Of a DNA stretch of 64,000 nucleotides, positions 56,742-64,000 are shown in pieces. The notes under the pieces were generated by a model. The model was not told where the DNA came from and made no database searches. It saw nothing but the letters and a program-made list of their open reading frames with translations. This DNA is from a virus (taxonomy: Duplodnaviria > Caudoviricetes). Positions within the stretch are counted from its first letter, which is position 1. Each line of letters opens with the position of its first letter. A program made the translations under genes and the position numbers. The stretch lies in the IMG/VR virus record IMGVR_UViG_3300036770_008730. One strand, written 5' to 3'.

Positions 56742-57701
56742 TTACCAGAATCCCGGATAAGTTTTTCCGCCCCACAAATGTCCATATTTATTTATGCGAC
56801 ATGCCCAGTATCCAGCCTTTGTCTTATCCTTCTTTGTAGAACATTTATGACGAGCAGCAAATGACTTTCTTGCCTTAGGATTGCTCACCTTAGCAGTTAA
56901 TCCACCGTGAACATCACCAAAAGAAATCTTTTTAACCTTACCAGTTTTAGGATTCTTTACATAAACTTGATATTTTTTAGTACCACCACGCATTGGATAA
57001 TTTAACTTAACTTTTTTACCCTTATATTCCGCCTCATTTACTTCTTCTATATTTTCCATAGGTAAATCCAAAGGAACCTTTTTCCCATTAAAATAACCAA
57101 AGTTACCTATCTCGGTCTCTCTGTATAATGATTCATCAATACTACAAAGTTTTATTTTACCAGAATCATATAATCTTCTAGCTTCTGTTAAAACATTAAA
57201 GAAAGATTTTGAACCAGGTCTAAAAATACTTTCTGTTATTGGTTTGTTGTTGGTTAAGTGCCATTTTAAGTTCTCCGATACTTCAGGCATTGAGACAAAT
57301 TGAACTTGTAAGTCACCACACTGACAGTCATCACATCCACAATCACACTCAGAGTCTCCTGTGCAATCATCACAACAACCACATCCTTCACCTTCTTCAT
57401 ATTCTGATTCAAATTCATCATCATCATCATCATCTTCATATTCACCGATTTCAAATTCGTTTTCACATTCCATATTTTCAACATTATCAATATTGATGGT
57501 TATGAATGATTCAAATTTTTCAACTTTATTTTTCTTAAGATTATTTAATTCTTTTTCATCGTGTTCAACAGGTTCAGTTTTGATACCTAATCCCATGATT
57601 TCTTCTTTCTCATTTTCTAAAGATTTAGCTGAGAATCCAAAGTCTTCTTCTTTAACTTTTTTTTCTTTCTTCTTTTCGTTGAATTTTCTGAGATGTTTCA
57701 T
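56742..57701 (-). CDS. Hypothetical modular protein: capsid-targeting-like N-terminus, acidic Cys-rich tract, basic C-terminal domain
   Basis: MKHLRKFNEK; GCGCCDDC..CDCGCDDCQC; YVKNPKTGKVKKISFGD..ARKSFAARHKC..AGYWAC. Confidence 0.6.
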   Translation of the reverse strand: MKHLRKFNEKKKEKKVKEEDFGFSAKSLENEKEEIMGLGIKTEPVEHDEKELNNLKKNKVEKFESFITINIDNVENMECENEFEIGEYEDDDDDDEFESEYEEGEGCGCCDDCTGDSECDCGCDDCQCGDLQVQFVSMPEVSENLKWHLTNNKPITESIFRPGSKSFFNVLTEARRLYDSGKIKLCSIDESLYRETEIGNFGYFNGKKVPLDLPMENIEEVNEAEYKGKKVKLNYPMRGGTKKYQVYVKNPKTGKVKKISFGDVHGGLTAKVSNPKARKSFAARHKCSTKKDKTKAGYWACRINKYGHLWGGKTYPGFW

Positions 57702-57703
57702 AG

Positions 57704-59062
57704 TTATTTTTTAGTTTTTATAAGATATTTCTTTATAAGTAGTTTCCAAACAGGTTCTTCTCTATCACCAATTCTCATTATTTCTTCGTTTCCAGCTCTT
57801 AAGTTTATTGAGTGAATTAGAGTTCTGATGTTGAGGTCAAATTTCACCGGATAGTTATCAGTAACATAAATTAGGTATTCTAAAGCTTCTTCTTTTAGTT
57901 TCATATCTAATTCTGGTGATATTCTTGACATAATCTCTTTCATTCTTGAAATGATTTCTTCTTTGTTAAGATTTACATCAACATGTAGAGACCTAGAAAG
58001 AATTGCGTCATCGAATTTCTCTTCTGCTAAATTAGAAATGAAAATCACCTGACCTGAAAATTCGAATCTGTTAGGTAACATTCTTCCCTCTTTTTCTTCA
58101 TATTCTTGTTGAATTTCTAAATCACTCATACCTGTTGAGTCAAAAGTGTTACCTTTTGTCAGTTTAGATAGTTCTCTTACTGGATAAGTATCTAAAGCTC
58201 CTTTAAGTAAGTTTACTGAATCGGCATCTTTTAGAACAGCATCACAATCATCAAAGATGATTAACTTATTTCTGTGTTTGAATAGGACTTCAAATAGACC
58301 AGCTGTTGTAATGGTGCCTGTTGATTTATAATAGTGAACATCTGGTTGCATTCCAATAGATCTTAGCGTGTCTGTTACAACTGAAGTTTTACCAACACCC
58401 GCTTGTCCACTTACAATTAGAGAATTACTTTTACCTCTTGCAACTTGTATTGTGTATAATTCAATAGCTTTGAAAATATCAATTTTAAGATCTTGAACAG
58501 TTATTTTATCTGATTCTTTTTCAGCCTTTTCTGTGGTTGCAACAATTGCTCTTAGTTGTTCAATTCTTCTTTCAATTTTTTCAACGCTAGTTGGAGACTT
58601 TGCTCTTTTTCTTTTCTTTTCCCACTCTTGGAGCTCTTCTTTTGGATCATAAGTTTCTTGTAGTTCTGTTTCTTCTACCTTTTGAATCATTGATTCCGGA
58701 TTATTGAAGAAGTCTACTACAAAAGGTAAATGTTTAACAATTGATTCATCTTTAGGTATAAAGAGAGTAAATTCTGGATTCTTCTCAAATTCAAAATTCA
58801 ACCATAAATCTATTGAATGTATTACATTTCTAATGTCATCTTCTTTCCAATTTATTCTAATGGCCTTTGTTGTTTTAAGAGAAATAAATAATTGACCTCT
58901 TAGAAAGTCCATTCCTTTTTGAATAAAGAATATTTCGTTATATGGATATAAATCATTTCCAGTCTTTCTTTCGATAAATTCTGTTATTTTTTGTATAGCA
59001 TCTTCTTTATCCTTGGATAGAAATGCCTCTAAAAATAGTTCGTATTTTTTTAAGATTTTCAT
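57704..59062 (-). CDS. AAA+ ATPase with capsid-targeting-like N-terminus
   Basis: MKILKKYELFLEA; SGQAGVGKTS, LIIFDDCD, AILSRSL (Arg finger). Confidence 0.75.
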   Translation of the reverse strand: MKILKKYELFLEAFLSKDKEDAIQKITEFIERKTGNDLYPYNEIFFIQKGMDFLRGQLFISLKTTKAIRINWKEDDIRNVIHSIDLWLNFEFEKNPEFTLFIPKDESIVKHLPFVVDFFNNPESMIQKVEETELQETYDPKEELQEWEKKRKRAKSPTSVEKIERRIEQLRAIVATTEKAEKESDKITVQDLKIDIFKAIELYTIQVARGKSNSLIVSGQAGVGKTSVVTDTLRSIGMQPDVHYYKSTGTITTAGLFEVLFKHRNKLIIFDDCDAVLKDADSVNLLKGALDTYPVRELSKLTKGNTFDSTGMSDLEIQQEYEEKEGRMLPNRFEFSGQVIFISNLAEEKFDDAILSRSLHVDVNLNKEEIISRMKEIMSRISPELDMKLKEEALEYLIYVTDNYPVKFDLNIRTLIHSINLRAGNEEIMRIGDREEPVWKLLIKKYLIKTKK

Positions 59063-59136
59063 ATGTTCATATATATTAATTTTGTGGACTAAGAAATGTA
59101 AAATTAATATATAATGAAAACTTGTAGATTAATTAG

Positions 59137-62100
59137 ATGTCTAACCATAAAAACCTTGTATTCTTTAACAAAGAAGGAGATTACTTAAATTTCAATTATA
59201 GTGAAGCTAATGATAGATTTGAAGGTGATATTCTCTTTCATGAAAGTTCATCAGACACATACAAAACTGCTGGACTTTATATGCTTGAAAGCGTTCCTTC
59301 TATTGATTATGAAGTTCCGGGTGAATTAGGATTATTAAAATTTCAATTATTTAATGAATATGGATTGCATTTTTATGCAGCAAAATCTTTCACACAGTCG
59401 ATTACAAAAATTGAACCAATCAACAATGACTCTTCTTTTTATTCTAAATGGATTTATGGTATTGATTTTGAATCAAAATTTCCTATAGGAAGTATCATCA
59501 AATTTGATTCTGTTTATTTAGAGTTCACCGACCTCAACAAAACTTATTGTGTAGTTGGTTCAAAGAAAAATGCTATCATGATTATCAGTGAAATTGATAA
59601 TGCTAGCTTTGAAAGTTTATATTATACTACATATACTGATGTGACTACTTATGTTAATAAAACCATTTCAGGTGCTAATTTAGTCGGTGTTTATAATTAT
59701 ATTGATAATTCCTTTAATAATAATTTATCTGGATGGTCTGAACCTGATTTTTATGATAAGTATTATATTGGGAAAAAATTAAATATAGTTGGTAGTGAAA
59801 ACAATGATGGAATTGTTACTGTTACAAATGTCGATGTTACTGACCAAGTTCATTTTGAATATTTTGTGTCGGATTCTAGCTTGCCAATTGGAACTGACAT
59901 ATTGATAGAAGTTATCACTAAAACCGATCTTCCTAAAATTTATGAGTCTGGAATTACAATTACTGGTGATAATAAGATAAAGTTTGACACTGCTTATCTT
60001 TTTCCAAGAATTCTCAAACCAGGAACCGAATTTAAAATTACAGGATCTGTATTCAATGATATCTTTTTTACGGTTTCTGATGTGACTGTATTTGAATCAG
60101 TAAATGTTACCAAATTCTATAGCTTAGGTGAACAGGTTTATTATAATAATTTACTTTTTCAATGTATTCAGGCTTATACACACAGTCATTCTTCTGACCA
60201 GACAAGAAATGTTACTCCTTATAATACAAATTATTGGAGTAAACCGGATTATGTAACTGTTGACCAGTCAACAACCTCTGAAACAATACTTAATGGTCAA
60301 GTTTATCTTACATCCGATAGATATTATTTTGCATATGGTTACACATATAGTCAATCGGTTACTTTGGCTTCTGCTGCTGAAAAGTTCAAAAATGATTTAT
60401 TAGCTTTCAATATAGATTTATTTTATTTAAATGGAAAATTAAAGGCAGACTTAAAGTATCCATCAAAATATAGTGAGGTTAATTTTTATCATACCCAAAA
60501 AGGCCCAACTTATTCGATTGGTGGTTATTTTCAAACTAACGAAAGAATGGTTCAGGTTAGAGAAAATTTAAATTATGAATTAAACTATAATTACAGTAGT
60601 AATTTTAAATACAACATAGTTTTCACAGATATAGATGAGTTTGGTATAAAACTTATATTGAATAAACAAGTTTATGAGGAAGAAATCTCTTATGTTTATA
60701 CTGGATTAGTAATTGATATGCCAAGAACTATAGATAGGACTTTGAGAAATTGGCTATCTAGAAATTATATCAGGTTATATGTTCTCGGAATAGAAGCTGA
60801 ACTGGCTTATATTGGTAGTTTTTATTCGCCTTTTTATAATGCTATAAAATTAAAAACAACCTATCCTAATGTTCCTCTAAATATCAATAATGTGTTGGTT
60901 GGATCAACCGCTGATTATCATATTGAACACTCAAGAGTTATGTTTTATGATTTGGGACCTTATCTCAATCTTAACATAAACGGAGATGATTATGGTATAT
61001 CTACGGTTTATGGTACTGGGTCTATTCCAGATGTTTCCTCAACTCTTACTAATTGGGTAAATGAACATGGTGAAATACTTGCTGAGTATAAAATTATAGT
61101 TAAAAACTATAATAATCTTTTGAAGTTTGATGTAAAAGAAATGGATAGAAGATTAGATTATACAATCAGTACTGGTAAATTGAAAATTCCTGGAATCAAT
61201 GATTATGTAATTACTGATAAATTACCAGGTAGTCTTGGTATGTTAATATCTTCTAATCAGATTACATTGACAGGTACTGGAGACTCATCTTTTGAACTAG
61301 ATGGATTTGCAACTGGTATGGTGGTTACTATTAATAATACTTTTTATCCTTATAATAATCAACAATATAATATTCAATTTTTAGATCCTCTTGTTATGGA
61401 TTTGAGCTATGAGGGTCCTTTTTGGTCAATTGGTGATGCAATTTGTAACTCATCAGCTTTTGTTACTTTGGCTTTCAATTTAGGATTTGGTCAAACTGGT
61501 TGTCAACCCATAGTTGGTCCAACTGGTGGTACTGGTTCTGGAGGACCTTTTGATCCGACTATGTTTAGTCTTTCAATGTTTAGTTTGAGTTATAATCCAA
61601 ATGTTTATACACTAAATACTTATAATTTGAATGCTTATCCGGGTGTTACAGGATTGGTTGATATAATCTATATTCAGTTATCTGAGTCAATTTATGGATT
61701 TGGAGACAATGTTGTTGTACTAGATTCGTATAGTGGTGATTATATAACGACTGTAAATCTTCCAGGAAATACACAAAGTATAGAAATAGAATTTAACACT
61801 GTAAATAATTATTTGTATTGTCTATCTGAACAACAAATAAATGTTGTGGATCCATTACTCAATACTTTAGTTACTACTATTTCTCTTACAAGTTCTAATC
61901 CATCAGCTCAAGCATTTGATATGTTGGTCAATCCATTGAATGGTGATGTTTATGTTACATATAAGAATTGGGCTAGAGTAGATATTTTTGCATCTAATAA
62001 CCTAACTAGTTCTCCATCGGATTTTCTTTCTACATCCTCTGTTAACTTTCCTGTATCCGCGACTCGAACCGGTAAGATGGTTTACAATGAGTTTGAAGTT

Positions 62101-64000
62101 GATATTTATATTACTACGGATGTTGATACTGTTTTGAGAGTCAATGGTGGTGGTGTTAGTAATGGAACAAATAGAACTATACAGACTACGTTTGGTATAC
62201 CTGGATTAACACATTCTATTTTTTATGAGCCTGTGAATGAATCAATCTATGTTTATGGTGGTTCTAGTTTATGGAAAATTGATAATGGTGTCACACAATC
62301 TATACCTTCTATATCTACTTATGGTTTTAATGATATACTTTTCAACAATCTAACAGGTGTGATGAATGTGTCTGATACATCTACTAACTTTTCTAGATTA
62401 GACCTTAATACTAATGTTGCTAATCAAACATCGGTCTCAAATTATGGTTACATAGAGTTGAATCAGTTTGATGGTGATGTTTATTTATCATCTCAATCTT
62501 TAAATAACATCATTGTTGTAAAATCTACTGATGGTACTGTAATTCAAACACTACCAATGGCCGCACAAACAACAAGATTAGTTTATAATCCTGATAGAAA
62601 ATCAATATGGGCTATTCAACCATCATTAAATAGTGTTATTGAGGTTCAAGTTCAGTTGAACAGTTTGATTAATATTTTGCCTGCTACTTATTCACAGCTT
62701 GAGGATAATCAATATGGTACATTATCTCCGGATTATGTTCCTAGACAAAATCTTTGGTTGAAAACCGATGAGTATCTTAGAAGACCGAGAGAAAACTTTG
62801 AAGGGGAAGTTTCTGTTAAATACTATTATAAATGGTTATCTGATAATATTCCTATGTTTTTCCTTTATGATATAAGTGGAGAACAATTGCCAACTACAGG
62901 ACCTTATGCGTATACTGGTCAGAAACCGCTCGAAAATCCATCACTTAATAGATTGCCTAATAAAGATGTTGAGAAAACTGGTGATTCAGAGTATCAACAA
63001 ACAATTTTTGATAAAGTTGAGTATACTTTAAGTTATCTTGATGATGAAGATGATGTTACTATTGAAGTAACACCTATAGAGACTTTTATTGGGTTTAAAT
63101 CAGATGAGGAAGGAGCTTTTAGATCGATTCTTCAATTATATAAAAAAGAGGATATTGAAATAAGTTTTACTGCTAGCGCTACTACTTATTTAAAGTTTGA
63201 AACGGTTGATATAGAAAATTTAACCGGTGATAAAAAAGGAATTATCACTTTGGTTTCTGATTCAGAGACTTTTACTGGTAAGGGACTTAAAAACGGTCAG
63301 TGGATTGCTATCTATGTTAAAGATACGATTAATGTAAAAAATCAATATATTTCTGAAAATAATGGTATTTTAGTAAAAATACGTGAGATATATACAAAGT
63401 ATATTATAATAGATTTTTTCAACAACTCTGTTGATTTTCTTGTTAGTGAAAATACTAGAGTTTTGGATTATCCATCTATATCAAATACTACGTATTTGAT
63501 TACGACAATTAAAGTTATTGATAAGGAAATAGGTAGATTCTTCACTTATGGACAGACAGAGATAGAAGATCCTAGATTTAAAATTGAGCTATCAAATGTT
63601 GGTAAATTAATCGCTCCAAATGAAGTATTTATTTTCAAAGATTATGATATATTTGAAGGTGCTACTGACTGGACTTTCTTAAATGCTAAAAGAAAAGAGA
63701 TGTTGATGATGAAAAATTTAATTTTTCCATATATCGGCGCTTACAAATCTCTTATAAATTCTATAAACTATTTTGGATATAATGATCTTCAATTAAATGA
63801 GTATTATAGAGATATAAATACAAGTTCTCCAAATTTTGGTAAGTTATTTAAGGTTGAAATTCCAGATATCTTTGATAATACTGTTGAAGGTTGGAAAGAG
63901 ACCGATTTCATAAAAGGATTCTCAACAGATAACTATGAAGTTACTAATTCATTCAACCTAACTTATTTTATAACTGATAAGGACGGTAATAATATATTGA
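59137..64000 (+). CDS. Giant baseplate-wedge-like virion protein (>1620 aa), 3'-truncated by the window and absent from the ORF track
   Basis: ATG at 59137 after AATATATA (59106); frame is open at all lines spot-checked and still open at 64000; beta-propeller-like repeats; FPYIGAYKSLINSINYFGY motif. Confidence 0.65.
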   Translation, partial: MSNHKNLVFFNKEGDYLNFNYSEANDRFEGDILFHESSSDTYKTAGLYMLESVPSIDYEVPGELGLLKFQLFNEYGLHFYAAKSFTQSITKIEPINNDSSFYSKWIYGIDFESKFPIGSIIKFDSVYLEFTDLNKTYCVVGSKKNAIMIISEIDNASFESLYYTTYTDVTTYVNKTISGANLVGVYNYIDNSFNNNLSGWSEPDFYDKYYIGKKLNIVGSENNDGIVTVTNVDVTDQVHFEYFVSDSSLPIGTDILIEVITKTDLPKIYESGITITGDNKIKFDTAYLFPRILKPGTEFKITGSVFNDIFFTVSDVTVFESVNVTKFYSLGEQVYYNNLLFQCIQAYTHSHSSDQTRNVTPYNTNYWSKPDYVTVDQSTTSETILNGQVYLTSDRYYFAYGYTYSQSVTLASAAEKFKNDLLAFNIDLFYLNGKLKADLKYPSKYSEVNFYHTQKGPTYSIGGYFQTNERMVQVRENLNYELNYNYSSNFKYNIVFTDIDEFGIKLILNKQVYEEEISYVYTGLVIDMPRTIDRTLRNWLSRNYIRLYVLGIEAELAYIGSFYSPFYNAIKLKTTYPNVPLNINNVLVGSTADYHIEHSRVMFYDLGPYLNLNINGDDYGISTVYGTGSIPDVSSTLTNWVNEHGEILAEYKIIVKNYNNLLKFDVKEMDRRLDYTISTGKLKIPGINDYVITDKLPGSLGMLISSNQITLTGTGDSSFELDGFATGMVVTINNTFYPYNNQQYNIQFLDPLVMDLSYEGPFWSIGDAICNSSAFVTLAFNLGFGQTGCQPIVGPTGGTGSGGPFDPTMFSLSMFSLSYNPNVYTLNTYNLNAYPGVTGLVDIIYIQLSESIYGFGDNVVVLDSYSGDYITTVNLPGNTQSIEIEFNTVNNYLYCLSEQQINVVDPLLNTLVTTISLTSSNPSAQAFDMLVNPLNGDVYVTYKNWARVDIFASNNLTSSPSDFLSTSSVNFPVSATRTGKMVYNEFEVDIYITTDVDTVLRVNGGGVSNGTNRTIQTTFGIPGLTHSIFYEPVNESIYVYGGSSLWKIDNGVTQSIPSISTYGFNDILFNNLTGVMNVSDTSTNFSRLDLNTNVANQTSVSNYGYIELNQFDGDVYLSSQSLNNIIVVKSTDGTVIQTLPMAAQTTRLVYNPDRKSIWAIQPSLNSVIEVQVQLNSLINILPATYSQLEDNQYGTLSPDYVPRQNLWLKTDEYLRRPRENFEGEVSVKYYYKWLSDNIPMFFLYDISGEQLPTTGPYAYTGQKPLENPSLNRLPNKDVEKTGDSEYQQTIFDKVEYTLSYLDDEDDVTIEVTPIETFIGFKSDEEGAFRSILQLYKKEDIEISFTASATTYLKFETVDIENLTGDKKGIITLVSDSETFTGKGLKNGQWIAIYVKDTINVKNQYISENNGILVKIREIYTKYIIIDFFNNSVDFLVSENTRVLDYPSISNTTYLITTIKVIDKEIGRFFTYGQTEIEDPRFKIELSNVGKLIAPNEVFIFKDYDIFEGATDWTFLNAKRKEMLMMKNLIFPYIGAYKSLINSINYFGYNDLQLNEYYRDINTSSPNFGKLFKVEIPDIFDNTVEGWKETDFIKGFSTDNYEVTNSFNLTYFITDKDGNNIL

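Noticed and set aside
3058-58895. Many other short antisense or overlapping ORFs in the track (for example 3058, 5346, 14642, 27429, 41185, 47541, 57361)
   Set aside because: They lie wholly within long well-supported genes and show no motifs or expression signals
59114-59188. Short ORF MKTCRLIRC... right after the late motif
   Set aside because: 24 codons, out of frame and overlapping the giant ORF start; no supporting features
1-64000. Alternative genetic code (stop reassignment seen in some jumbo phages)
   Set aside because: Long genes are intact in code 11, and TAA, TAG and TGA each end bona fide genes (for example TAG at 30348 and 44510, TGA at 55674)

Overview
A 64-kb, AT-rich segment of a T4-like jumbo myovirus genome in the standard genetic code. 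It holds head genes (portal, prohead protease-scaffold fusion, major capsid protein, terminase), tail and baseplate genes (sheath, tube, gp15/gp25/gp26/gp51-like, giant fibre and baseplate proteins), replication and transcription genes (clamp loader, gp47-like nuclease, gp55-like late sigma) and many accessory genes. The host is probably Bacteroidota (inference): there is a perfect TTG-N19-TAnnTTTG promoter, no Shine-Dalgarno motifs, a Bacteroidota-type ClpS and DUF6576-like motifs. Main leads: (1) about 14 unrelated proteins, many of them enzymes, share a T4-like capsid-targeting N-terminal peptide and mostly sit behind a late promoter, suggesting a virion-packaged, injected enzyme cargo system; (2) a candidate ribosome-rescue and proteolysis module made of a tmRNA with an atypical 29-aa tag, a stand-alone NFACT-R domain and ClpS; (3) the late sigma gene appears to lack a canonical start codon; (4) three promoter classes can be read directly from the DNA; (5) a GC-shifted cyanophycinase cassette carries the cargo peptide. 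All family assignments come from motif recognition by eye; no searches were run.
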